Assembly: GCA_002269645.1 (NCBI GenBank)
Contig: NIVC01000106.1
Coordinates: forward strand, 1 to 64,000
DNA: 64,000 nt
Reading direction: 5' to 3'
Source of the DNA: Macrostomum lignano
Lineage: Eukaryota
Every line of letters begins with the position of its first letter. Positions within the stretch are counted from its first letter, which is position 1. The notes beneath the pieces were generated by a model, which saw only the letters and a program-made list of their open reading frames with translations, ran no database searches and was not told where the DNA came from. Of this stretch, positions 51,731 to 64,000 are shown one piece after another. The translations under genes and the position numbers were made by a program.

Positions 51731-52544
51731 AAGGTTGACAGATATTTTTAGATTTCCAAGGCTTATTGGGGGCATTGCTGAGATGTCAAGGGGGGGAGTT
51801 GATATGTTAAAGCTTGTGGTGGGGAATTACTGACATGTCAAGGCTTACAAGGTTTGACAGGAGATTTTTTAAGATTTCAAGGATACATGTAGCTTATTAA
51901 AAAAACGTGTAGCGATTGCATTTCTTTGGCTCCCCAACGGGGGGCGTAGATTGCTAGTCCTTTCCTATATACTAAAAATGAGTTGTCTGTATGTGGGTAG
52001 GTATGCGATAGATTTCAGAAAAAATGGCTCAACCGATTTTCTTCAAACTTGCACCATTCGATCAGAAATTTTCCTGGGACGGTACATGCATCTTGGCTAA
52101 AAAATTGCTCAATGATAAAGGGATTAAATATTCGAAAAACATGCTTTTTTGCAAAGGTCAAGCAGCTCTTTCGACCTAAAATTCATTGTAAGAATGCTAG
52201 AGAAAAAAACTGACTGGCTGAATTCTGATTGTCATAAAGATTGCATCACAACAAGTTGAAAACAGTGCCGAAGAAATGCACACACGACTTGATTAAAATT
52301 GCGTAACCAATATTGCTAACTTGAACTGAGACTGATACTGGCTGACTGAGAAATTGATTATGTCATAACTTTTTACCCCAATTGACTTGCTGTAAGAATT
52401 TAATTATAAGGGCCACAATTCATGTACTCCAATTGAAAAGAGATAGCCTAGATCCGAACAGACTGGACTGCCAACGTAGCGACCTGGGTTCGAATCTTAG
52501 TAGTGCAAAATAATTTTTTTATAAAACACCTTGAAAACACGAAA

Positions 52545-54255
52545 CTGCTAAACATAAAAAAGCACAATGTCAAACATAAAAGAGGCACCATGTCAAACAT
52601 TACATGGGCACCATGTAAAACAAATACGTGACTCTATGTCAAACATTAAAGAGCCACCATGTGAAACATTAAAGAGTCACCATTTCGAACATTAAAGAGC
52701 CACCACGTCGAACATTAAAGTGCCACCATGTCAAACGTAAAAGAGCCACCATGAAGAACATTAAAGAGCCACCATGCCAAACATAAAAGAGCCACTATGT
52801 CGAACATTAAAGAGCTAGCATGTCAAACATTAAAGAGCCACCATGTCGAACATTAAAGAGCCACCATTTCGAACATAAAAGAGCCGCCATGTAAAACATT
52901 AAAGAGCCACATTGTCAAACATAAAAGAGCCACCATGTAAGACATTTAAGAGCCATCATGTGAAACATTAAAGAGCCACCATGTCGAACATAAAAGAGCT
53001 ACCATGTCAAACCTAAAAGAGCCACCATGTCAAACCTAAAAGAGCCACCATGTCGAACATAAAAGAGCTACCATGTCAAACCTAAAAGAGCCACCATGTC
53101 GAACATAAACGAACCTTTATGTCGTACATTAAAGAGCCACCATGTCAAACATTAAAGAGCCACCATGTCAAACATAAAAGAGCCACAATGTCAAACATAG
53201 AAGAGCCACAATGTCAGATATTAAAAAGCCACCGTATCAAACATAAAAGAGTTACCATGTAGAACAAAAAAGAGCCACCATGTCGAACATAAAAGAGCCA
53301 CCATGTCAAGCATAAAAGAGCCACCATGTCAAACATTAAAGAGCCACCATGTCGAACATTAAAGAGCCACCATGTCAAGCATAAAAGAGCCACCATGTCA
53401 AACATTAAAGAGCCATGTCAAACACTAAAGAGCCAACATGTCGAACATAAAAGAGCCACCATGTCAAACATTAAAGAGCCACCATGTCAGACATTAAAGA
53501 GCCACCATGTCAAACATTAAAGAGCCACCATATCGAACACTAAAGAGCCACCATGTCAAACATATGTGACTCCATGTCGAATATATACGTGCCTCCATGT
53601 CACACATAAAAGGGCCACCATGTAAAACATATACATATGACTACATAACAAACATTAAACAGCCCACCATGTCGAACATTAAAGAGCCATCATGTCAAAC
53701 ATAAAAGAGCCACCATGTCAAACATTAAAGAGCCACCATGTCAGACATTAAAGAGCCACTATGTCAAACATAAAAGAGCCACCATGTCAAACATTAAAGA
53801 GCCACCATATCGAACACTAAAGAGCCACCATGTCAAACATATGTGACTCCATGTCAAATATATACGTGACTCCATGTCACACATAAAAGAGCCACCATGT
53901 AAAACATATACATATGACTACATAACAAACATTAAACAGCCACCATGTCGAACATTAAAGAGCCATCATGTCAAACATAAAAGAGCCACCATGTCATAAA
54001 TTAAAGACCCACCATGTCAAACATTAAAGAGCCACCATGTCAAACATTAAAGAGCCACCATGTCAAACATTAAAGAGCCACATGTCGAACATAAAAGAGC
54101 CACTTTGTCAAACATCTACGAGTCACCATGTCAAGCGTATACATGACTCCATTTCAGACATTAAAGTGCCACCATGTCAAACATAAAAGAGCCACCAGCT
54201 CAAACATTAAAGAGCCACCATGTCAGACACAAAACAGCTACCATGTCAAACATAA
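52545..54255. repeat. 23-bp satellite AAAGAGCCACCATGTCAAACATT inside Helitron copy 4
   Basis: Visible, moderately degenerate array. Confidence 0.9.
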
Positions 54256-54256
54256 A

Positions 54257-55262
54257 TGGGGTGCCTACTATCTTGGAGTGCTTGCTATCTGGAGATGCGT
54301 GCTATCTGGGGGTGCTTGCTATCTGGGGGGATGCTTGCTATCTTGGGGGTTCTAGCTATCTGGGGGTGCTTGCTATTAGGTGGATGCTTGCTATCTGGGG
54401 TGCCTGCTATCTTGGAGTGCTTGCTATCTGGAGATGCGTGCTATCTGGGGTGCTTGCTATCTGGGGGTGCTTGCTATCTGGGGGTGCTTGCTATCTGGGG
54501 GTGCTTGCTATTAGGTGGATGCTTGCTATCTGGGGTGCCTGCTATCTGGGGGTTCTTGCTATCTGGGGGTGCTTGCTATCTGGGGGTGCTTGCTATTAGG
54601 TGGATGCTTGCTATCTGGGGTGCCTGCTATCTGGGGGTGCTTGCTATCTGGAGATGCTTGCTATCTGGGGGTGCTTGCTATTAGGTGGATGCTTGCTATC
54701 TGGGGTGCCTGCTATCTGGGGGTGCTTGCTATCTAGAGATGCTTGCTATCTGGGGGTGCTTGCTATCTGGGGGTGCTTGCTATTAGGTGGATGCTTGCTA
54801 TTAGGTGGATGCTTGCTATCTGGGGGTGCTTGCTATTAGGTGGATGCTTGCTATCTGGGGGTGCTTGCTATCTGGAGATGCTTGCTATCTGGGGGTGCTT
54901 GCTATCTGGGGTGCTTGCTATCTAAGGGTGCTTGCTATTAGGTGGATGCTTGCTATCTTGGGGTGCTTGCTATTAGGTGGATGCTTGCTATCTGGGGTGC
55001 CTGCTATCTGGGGGTGCTTGCTATCTAGAGATGCTTGCTACTTGGGGTGCTTGCTATCTGGGGGTGCTTGCTATCTGGGGGTGCTTGCTATCTAAGGGTG
55101 CTTGCTATTAGGTGGATGCTTGCTATCTGGGGTGCCTGCTATCTGGGGGTGCTTGCTATCTGGAGATGCTTGCTATCTGGGGATGCTTGCTATCTAAGGG
55201 TGCTTGCTATTAGGTGGATGCTTGCTATCTGGGGGTGCTTGCTATCTGGGGGGTTGCTTGCT
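54257..55262. repeat. 16-17-bp G-rich satellite GGGGTGCTTGCTATCT inside Helitron copy 4
   Basis: About 1 kb tandem array. Confidence 0.9.
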
Positions 55263-55663
55263 GTCCTGGGATATTTTTTTGCATTGCACTTCATTTGAGC
55301 AGTTTTTCTATTGTCTATGTGAAGGCTTTATTTGGCCGTCTTTTTGATACTTGTAGAGTGCCAGAGATTCTATCTAGATGCCCCCCATCGGGGGGCGAAG
55401 ATTGCTAGTTTATTCTAATATTGATTAATTCTCAATTCTCAATTAATTCTCAATAAGAAAACTTTCTATTTAAAACGAAATTCATGAAGCTCTAGCAAAT
55501 CTTAATAAATAATTGGCCTATAGACAATTGTTATTATAATTGTAGCTTATTACCAGACTACTAAAAGGCTTAATATACAAGAATAGAATCTATTTTAGTA
55601 ATAGCCACTTTGGTAACAAAGCAGATTTATGATTGTCAACACTATATCTTTATAGTAGTTAAC

Positions 55664-56195
55664 TAGGCATTGCAAAATCCCAGTTTTTTGTGATTCTGGG
55701 ATCCTGGGATTTTAATCCCAGAATTTGGCCAATCCTAGGATTCAATCCCAGGATCAGAAAAATACAGATTTTAAAGCTTTTGAGTTAAAATTTTAAGGCA
55801 GAATATGCGCTAAATGTATTTTTGCTTCTATTTTTTATTGTTATAGAGATAGCACATCTTTTTGTAGATGAAAAACAGCATTATCTTGTGATGCAATTGA
55901 GAAAGTAGTATAAAAGTACTAATTAGTAGTAGAAAAGTAATCATGTTTCAAAATTTACATAGGAATAAATTTCATATTTAAATCTGTAGTTTGGGGCTTA
56001 AAAATGTGTCACACAATGTGAGGAACTTTAATGGAAATTAGCACAGTATAATAAGCTAGTTGTAGGCCCAATTATGTTCATATTACAACACTTTTTGTAA
56101 AAATAATAACATAAAATAGTCCCAGGATTTAGAACCCCAAATCCTGGGATTTGGGCCCATCTTGGTATTTTGGGATCCAAGGATTGCAATCCCTA
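55664..56195. mobile_element. Old hAT-type MITE
   Basis: Termini TAGGCATTGCAA / TTGCAATCCCTA; flanks TAGTTAAC and TAATTAAC (7/8 TSD match); subterminal GGGAT/ATCCC motifs. Confidence 0.6.
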
Positions 56196-56426
56196 TAATT
56201 AACTTAAGCAAGAATTAGTTTGACAGTTAATGTTTTAAATATTTTAGTGTCACACATGGTTTAATTTTCTAGTTAAAGTGTATTATAATTTGTTTAAAGT
56301 TCCACATTAACATTGAAAAAAATTTCAAGTAAAAGAAAATTAAGCTAAGTGCATTTTAAAAATTGAAATTTTGAAGTAATTAATGAAGAAGAAAGTAGAT
56401 TACTATTGAAGTGAGCACTAGTTTAG

Positions 56427-57360
56427 TGTTAGGTGCCCCCTTTGTCAGCTGTGCCCTGAGCCCTCCTAAGCTGTTGGCTGCCGCAGGCCGCAGCTCTCCC
56501 TCCCTCTCTCCCACTCTCTCTCTCACTCCCTCTCCCGCCCCTCTCTCTCCCTCTCCCTCCCTCGTTGTCCTTTGTCTGCCTGCGCTCCCTTTTGTTCCCC
56601 CTTTTTCCAGTTCGTTTGCGTTCCCAGCGTCTGAGCTTCTCCACTCAGCCTGTCCTTGTTTCATTCTTTGTCTGTCTCCTTCCCCCCTTTTTTGTGTGGC
56701 TGCGTTCTCTTGGCTCGAGTCTAGCCAGTTCTGGCTGTACTCTCTGTCTAGCCGTACGGAAGCGGATCACGTGCCCCGGCGCTCTGTCCTTTTCTTGCGC
56801 TGCCTTGTGCAATCTCGGGTGTCAGGCTCTAAATTAGGAATGGCGTCCTTGCCTCTTAAACTGAGGGATCCGCGCCTGTTTCTAAAAATAGAACTGAATC
56901 ACGCCAGATTGGGGGCAGTGAGAGTGGCCTTGCGTACTCTGGCGCAATGGGTGTTGCACGGTATGGTGAAATCAATCCGCTACCCTATAAGTACGGGCGT
57001 CTCGTGCCGCTGTTTGGCAACCCTCTGTGAAACCTCTCATTTACCTGTGCATTAACTCTTCTAATAACTGCTCTCTTGGAAGTCCAGCGCAGCTTGCGCT
57101 AGGCCTTAGCCAACCTATCTGATATCTGATCCATCTGCGATTGTGTGTCCTCGAGTGTGCTAAATCCCAACCGAACTAATAAAGACTAGCACAGTTCCTC
57201 ATCCCCGCACTTGAGCCCGGCAAGACCGCTGACGAGGTGTGCACCGGTATGAACTGTCAAATCTGCACAATGTGCTGAGTTCTCGTGTCTCGTTTATTTT
57301 GCTCAGCCCGGAGTCTCCCTCACTGAAGGACAAGATCTGAGCAAGCTGGTGGCAGCACTA
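56427..57360 (+). mobile_element. Probable LTR followed by a primer-binding-site-like motif
   Basis: TGTTAG start; TATA-like CTATAAG (~56985); AATAAA (~57178); ends ...GAGCA (57343) then TGGTGGCAGC. No second LTR, TSD or pol ORF recognised. Confidence 0.4.
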
Positions 57361-60300
57361 CCTACTCTACAAGTATCGTTTCTAAGAAACAAGCAGCTAG
57401 AGGTCACCGCCTTGCTCCAGGAGACCTACCAGGCCATCGCGAGTCAACATCGAAGAAGCCTGTATATCACTAGTGGCAGCGATTCTATTGAAGGCCTCTA
57501 GACAACAACAGGCAAGACAAACTAGAAACCAGACCAAAAACAACTGTACTTCACTATATTATTAGGTTGCTAACTTAAAGATTCTACTGTATATAAAATT
57601 TGGTCAAAATATTAAAAGGCCTAAAAGATTTTAAACAAAATCTTTTTATAACATCTTTAAAAAACAAAAATGCTATTACCTACAAATTTTAAACAGAATA
57701 AACAAGTTTTACAAGTTTTTATACAAAAATACTATTAGGCATTAGTATTATATAATTATATAATAACTGAAATAAAAATGGATTATAGCATAATTTCTGG
57801 GTTTTTAACATTGTTTTACTTTTTACAAATAAATCATCTGTAGACAGTTGTTTTTATGCCAGCCATTTAGATTTCTGCCAATCATTTTTATCAATTCTAA
57901 TGCCAGGCATTTACACTAAGGCTAGGCCCAATTTTTCTAGATTCCTGGCATAACTGTAACAAAAAGGACAATGGACTCTCGCATACATATAACCTTCCAG
58001 AGTCCAGAGCCTTATAAATAGGCCCTATCCAACATCTGGCTGACCTAGATAATTTAAGCAAATAGCAAGAGGTCTAGCCAAAGACTAGTCAAGTGTCAAA
58101 AATACCAACCCAAAAACCAATATATTACTAATTAAATGATAACACATTAAGCCTTAATAATATAGTCATAGCTAGGCTTACTACTGCCATTTAACAAAAA
58201 TTGTTAATTTTTGCTCATGTTTTTTCATATCATAGATAAGTCTTATTTTTTTGTCAAAAATTAAGTTGTTTAGCTAGATAAAATAAATTTTGAAGTTGGC
58301 ATATATGTAAAGCTCATTAGGCCTTATTATTACTATTAGTATATATACTAACTAGCCAAAATCTTTTTAAATATAGACCTAGTCCATACTCCATAGGCCT
58401 ACAAGATCAGTATTAGGTACCAGTCTATTAATAAGTATTAATCTATTAATAAGCATAAACAAGCATTAAGATTTTTTATTAAAATAAATGGACTGCCATT
58501 AAGATTTTTTGCACTAATGGATTAATGAATTTGTGTTAATAATTTTGTGAGTTAATGACAAATTCATTGTTAACATTAATGTCATAATAATGTCAATGAC
58601 CAAGGATATGTAACAGGCTATTATTATTGCATGCTACATCACTTTTATAATCATTTGTTGTATAAAAACCTAATTTTTTTTATTTACATTTTATTTTCTC
58701 AAAACTAGCTTATATGAAAATTCCATTAACTTTTGCCTTATTGACCATTATTTGGGCATATAAAGAGAATCTTTAGTACTTACTGCCTTTTAACGAGTAA
58801 ATTGCTGTCACTATTATCATAAGTAATAATACACATATTAAATGATAATTTTACTTGAAATTTAGTAACCTTAGCATATATCTATAATAAAACTTTTGTA
58901 ATGAAAACATTTTTTTAAAACTATCTACCATTTTTAGTAAACTGACTATATTATATATATAAGTGTGAAACCTATTTAAGACCTAATGACCTGCTGGTTT
59001 GCTATTAGGCCTAGTGCCAAAAGAACAATTTGTTCTAAAAATAGCCATTGAGTCAGCCTTGTTTATTAAGAGATGTGCAGTCTCTGCCCACTCTCTCCCC
59101 CTTTTCTTAAGAGCATATAGCCCTACTCTCTTCCCCCAGGCGAATTGGCCATACTCTCTCTCTCCCTAGTTGAACAGGCATTCTGCCTTTTCCTATCCCT
59201 AGATCTTTTAGCCCAGACTGACATTCTATCAACTCCCCAGCCAGACTCTCCATCTGCCTAATCCCCTCCTAATTCTAGTTCCTTATTAGGCATACTGCCT
59301 CCTTCCCTATTAGACAACATACCTTCCATGCAAGAATTCTCTATTAACCATTGAAAGTATCATTCTCCCTTGGCTTGTTAGTTTCCCAGCAATTCCAGTC
59401 CATCGTATAGCCCTCCCTTGGAATAATCTTAACTTATAATAGACAGTGTCTTGCCACTCGGACTTTATGCCACCAAGAGCAACATCCGGCTTACTCTTTT
59501 TAGTAGTAGAATTTGCATTTCCAAACAAATAGTTATAATATTTTAAATTTATTCAAATCTATCTAAATTCCTAATTAATCTCTTTGTTTATAACAATGAT
59601 AAATACAAATATAATAACTTCTTATTAATTAACTTTAATAATACTTGCACGTGAGCATTGATCACTTTGATTCACTTCTTTCTTAATCTTTTGTAACTTT
59701 TTGCATGCTACCTACTAATGCTATTGAAACAACCCTCTTATTTGTATTTAATTATTAACTAATAAAATTATTAATTATCAACTTTCAAGTTTCAAATAAA
59801 CTTATTATATGCTTACCTTTAGTAGGCCTAGTATTATATATGCAAGTTTTTAAATTATTATATAATGCTAAGCCTAAGCATAGTAGGGGGTCCAATGAGA
59901 ATTTTTTTTTTAAATCCAAATTTTTAACCATGCCATGTTGTAGTCCTGGATATTATGAGTGAAATGACACTAGACTTTTAAAACTATGCTGCATAGGCCT
60001 ATCTATACTAGGCCTATACTGCTTTATAATACATAAAAGACAAGACATTAGGCCTAGGCCCCCTACTATATAGGCCTATTAAAAATAAAACTGCAATAGG
60101 CCTATTAAATTAATAATGAAAACAAATATTATAAAATGCTTTAGGCATTATTTTGTCTTACAATGCCTGCTATACATTTCGATTTCAATGGGACAGCCCC
60201 TGTTCGTTTTATGATGCCCATAGAAAGCATATGGCGTAGGCATGATGGTGTAATTTCTGTATAATTTTCGTTTTAAAGCTATACAGGTATTTTGTATTTT

Positions 60301-62108
60301 GTATACTTGACGGATTGTTGTTCATTAATGAAAGGCAAGCTATATATTCTGTTTTGTTTTACAATGCCTTTGGTATAATTCAGTCCATTATAGGCATCAC
60401 AAAATGAAAGTGAGAGGGGGTTACTTACTTAAAGGTCTTTAAATTGGTTTATTGCTTTTGTCTCCTCTTTTTTATCAATTCACAGGACTCTGTGTAATGT
60501 ATGAGTTTGAGTCCAAGAGTGCCGCTATAATAGGCCTATCCGTTTCATTTTGTGATGCCCCAGATGTTGTAATTATTCATAAGGCATCATAAAACAAAAT
60601 GGATTAAGGGGCCTATAATGGCTCAATAGCTTCAGTTGCTAATGTCATGAGGGCGGACACAATGTTGAAGCGCGTGAGTTGTGACATTTCCATGGAAATA
60701 CAGTTAGAAGTACAAACCAACTGTGTGACTGAATTTAAGACCTCTGAAACATTGCTCTCTTCTGTCGTAAAGTATACATTTTTAAACCCTTCTTGCTTAT
60801 TTAACATAGGTATTGTAAGACGAAACAGATACATTTTTGGGCATTGTAAGACGAAAGAATGCAATGCTTTAAATGAGAATGAAACAAACAAATAATAACT
60901 TATAAAAAAGAGTACACCAGACCAAAGAGTAAAGACAAACAATCTTGAATTTTTCAAATAGGGCCTAGTCTGGCAAGCCATAGCATAGGTTTATTTAAAG
61001 TGTCTTTTAAAGACTAGAATGATCTAGCTAAAAAATCTGGAAAATGACCTAGATAGATAAAGTCCAAGGATGAATTGAATGTTAGTGTTACCTTCTTTGC
61101 TTAGGTCTATGGTCTACTAGGCCTTAAGCCAAGGCTAATAAAGTCAATACTAATGTTATACAAAATTATATTAGAAAATTGATTGGAAATCAGCATTTCA
61201 GAATCAATCACAGATTAAAAAAAGAAGTTGCAATTTGTCCGTGTGTTAAAATTTAAACAAGTTCGTGGCGTATACGACAACCTTACCACAACTTTTACCT
61301 GAAGGGATACTTATTAAAAGAGTAAATAGTGCGTAAATAAAAAATATATTTATGAACAATAATTGTACATATCAGTAAGACTCGTATGACGAGAGAAAAG
61401 GAAATCCGTCCCTTCATTTTCCAAGTGTAATTTTGCTTAAATAAATAAGAGTAAAAATACGAGATTAAATTAAAATAGATTGGTGTAAATGTACATGTAC
61501 GTGCATGGTTGTACATTGACTGTAAAGCGACGATACGATCAAGGATCTGCTTTGAAAGAATGAATTCGATTACATGGAATTATGAATGAATGAAGACGGC
61601 ATGATCGAACAAACTCATGAAGATCGAACGTCCAATTAGCTAAAATTTGAATATGTACATGTAATTTCATCAGTCCATATAAAGTATCACAATTATAGGC
61701 CTACAGATACATCCGAAACCAATTAAGTGGTAGCAGCACGATCAGAGTATACTAGCTTATAGCATGCAATCTGCAGCACTGTACAAAGTGCATGTATACT
61801 TCAAACTTTTTAGGTATTTATAGTCAGACTGCTAAGGTAGCCCTCCAAAATGGGTGTTTCTACGGGTGCATGAGTACTAGCTGCCAAGGATGACTATAAA
61901 TGAATTACGTTTAAACTCAACTGATTCACTGCATCCCCTCTGTAAACTGTCTAAGTCTAACCTGCATGGGCATGGGGAACCGATCAAAGTCAGTGGTCAT
62001 GTCTCTTAATTTGGGTGTTTGTGTCCAAATACAAAATATGGGCCAGGTCGTGCGGGCAAAAACCCAGGGCTCAACATGCAGTGGCTCATGTATGTACAAT
62101 CTAGGACC

Positions 62109-63618
62109 TGTGGTGGCTCGCGATCGCGGTGCCAGAAAGAAAAGGAAAAGTGCGCTCGTATATTTCTTATTTCTCTCAGCCCGTGGGCTCCTCAACTGTA
62201 ACGAGAGGCGTAAAAATCAGATGTGGCCATAGACAACTGATGCGTTGTTAATTATAGAACTCCTTGGTCTGTCTCTGGCCGCCACACAGCTCCCCCCCCA
62301 GCGTCAAGCTGCATGCCGAAATGCGCCGGTCGGCACTGCCGATGTGGCTGACGGCGACTGGGAACACTGGCTGGCTGTACTGGTGGCTGCTTGGTGCCGA
62401 GTGGACTAGCATGCAGGTTGCGCTGGTGGTGTGGCAGACACGCACCGGGGGTGACCCCGTGGGCGGAAAGCCGCGGCTGTGGAACAGGGTCGGTGGTGTC
62501 GAGAATGGCCGGCCGGCTTTAACCTGTCAACGCTCGGACCCGATCGCGCCGGGTGCCCAGGTCTAACAGGAAAGTCTTGGCCTCCCTCTGATGACTCTGA
62601 ATGGCCCGGCCCATTGTATGGCCTCTGGAGTAGAGAGTGGTAGCCGTCCCGTCGCACAAAAAACAAATTTTCAGGTTTCGAGGGCTAAGGGCCAGGCGGA
62701 TGATATGGTCGTCTGACATTGTGCGACGTGGGCACCGGCCGAAAAACTTGCACGGCTGTGCGCAACTGAGCCAGGAACTGGTCTTGGCTGCCAGCTACGG
62801 TGGTGCTACGCAGCAGGCACTCTCCAGGCACACTGAGCGGCGCCCCGTACACCAGCTCAGCCTATGAGGCCGGCAGGTCCTCCTTGGGAACTGAGCGGAT
62901 CCCTAGCAACACCCAGGGCAACTCGCTGACCCCCCAGGCTGGTCCTGTCAAGTGCGCCATCAATGAAGCCTTGAGCTGCAGGTGAAATCTCTCCACTAAA
63001 CCGTTCGCTTGCGGGTGAAAAACCGTTGTCCGGTGCAACTGCATGCCAAGGAGGCGAGCGATAGCGGTCGCGCACGGCTATGATGGCAGAGTATGCAATG
63101 TCAGTGCCTTGCGGAGATCTTATGCCCACTGCACTACAGTTGTCCATGTGCACTACTACGAGCGTAAGGACGGACCAACTGGGCGGTGGCGGTCGCACGC
63201 GAGTCTGTGGCCGAGCAATCGGCTACACAGCCGTGACAGAGGCGAAAGCAATTGCCGGGCAGAAACGCTGGACCCGCAGTGGCCCGGCGTGTGCGTCGTG
63301 GAGCTGGTGGTGGCAGCGCCAGCGTTGAAAGCCAGATGGAGGCTGCAGCGGTGCTCAAAGGGTCGCAGCTGGCAATGGATGGCCGTATGATCTGATGGGC
63401 GCTGATTTCCTCTGTGTTGCGGGCCGTATCTGCAAGGTTTGACCCACCGCAAGCGGCGGCGGGAGTCGGGCTCACCAATTTGGTGGCTCGCGATCGCGGT
63501 GCCATGCAGTAAGAAAAGGAAAAGTGCGCTCCAGTCCGTGGGCTCCTCAATTGTAACGAGAGGCGTAAAAATCAGATGTGGCCATAGACAACTGATGCGT
63601 CTGTCTCTGGGCGCCACA
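62109..63618 (-). mobile_element. Internally deleted Gypsy/Ty3 LTR retrotransposon (1510 bp)
   Basis: Direct-repeat LTRs 62109-62286 and 63479-63618 with TGTGGTGGC/GCCGCCACA-type ends; 4-bp TSD GACC; minus-strand PBS TGGTGAGCCCGAC next to the 5' LTR; PPT GGGGGGGGAG next to the 3' LTR. Confidence 0.88.
62480..63200 (-). pseudogene. Degenerate Gypsy integrase fragment
   Basis: VVHMD; TTVFHPQANGLVERFHLQLKA...LPWVLLGIRSVPKEDL; AELVYG; FVRRD...LQRPYNGP; VDRLKPA; interrupted by stops and frameshifts. Confidence 0.85.
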
Positions 63619-64000
63619 GACCACTGCATGTACCTGTATGTAAGCTAATACATGTATGTGGTCCTTGTGTACAATTTGTACGCCGTCAAGCGGTAAACAA
63701 ACAAACATACTGTATATCGACACTACACTATTGTTAGTAAAGCTTTAAGCTTTAATCAGTACATGTGTATTTCGATCTTAATCCATAAATTTAACAGACT
63801 TTCATTATTCATGTAAGTGCCTACTACAATGTTTTGTCGCAAAGTTGTTAATTCTCATTAGCAGCTGCAGCTTTTAATTAATAAAAATTCGAAACAAGAG
63901 GTTTAAACTGCATAGCCGAACTTCAAGACCTTGATCAGTACAATGAAATAATAATCACATGAGTAGATTCACATCCGCCGTTTTCTGGCAGTGCTCTTCA

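Larger units (their letters stand above)
46012..51957 (+). mobile_element. Non-autonomous Helitron, copy 3 (preceded by an 81-bp 5' stub at 45931-46011)
   Basis: Starts TCCTATATACTAAAAATGG; same modules; ends hairpin + CTAG at 51954-51957. Confidence 0.85.
51958..55408 (+). mobile_element. Non-autonomous Helitron, copy 4 (diverged subfamily)
   Basis: Starts TCCTTTCCTATATACTAAAAATG; first ~550 bp are homologous but diverged; ends with a perfect hairpin GCCCCCC-ATC-GGGGGGC (55380-55396), 8 nt, CTAG, then T. Confidence 0.85.

Noticed and set aside
53214-55408. Cys/Leu/Gly-rich ORFs (GGACYLGVLAIW)
   Set aside because: Translations of the 16-17-bp and 23-bp satellites in Helitron copy 4.
59100-59530. 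Degraded RTE/CR1 fragment
   Set aside because: Similarity to RT C-termini is too weak to call by eye.

Overview
This is eukaryotic (animal) genomic DNA, not prokaryotic: it has spliceosomal GT-AG introns, TTAGGG repeats and GC-rich exons in a very repeat-rich background. The style is compatible with an invertebrate such as the flatworm Macrostomum, but the species cannot be proven from this window. All recognisable host genes are on the minus strand: (1) a single-pass LRR receptor with a Toll-type ectodomain and no visible TIR domain (37-2911, broken by several 1-bp losses that look like long-read errors); (2) a PXYLP1-like histidine acid phosphatase (3 exons, 18396-~21884); (3) a possible orphan ORF (23882-24463); (4) two tandem alanine aminotransferase (GPT) paralogues (25565-31768, 4 exons; 32792-37446, 3 exons) with patches of near-identity suggesting gene conversion. 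Mobile DNA: a full-length APE-RT-RNaseH LINE with a perfect 13-bp TSD and a TAATG stop-start overlap (8012-13388), two tRNA-derived SINEs, two MITEs with 8-bp TSDs, a 1.5-kb two-LTR Gypsy derivative (62109-63618) and a probable further LTR. The most striking structure is a 17.6-kb head-to-tail array of four non-autonomous Helitrons (37849-55408), each carrying a kb-scale 23-bp satellite, three of them also carrying (TTAGGG)n. About 15 different mini/microsatellites fill the introns and intergenic gaps; most long ORFs in the supplied track are artefacts of these repeats. No CRISPR array, rRNA or intact tRNA gene was found. All alignments and counts were made by eye; repeat boundaries are approximate.
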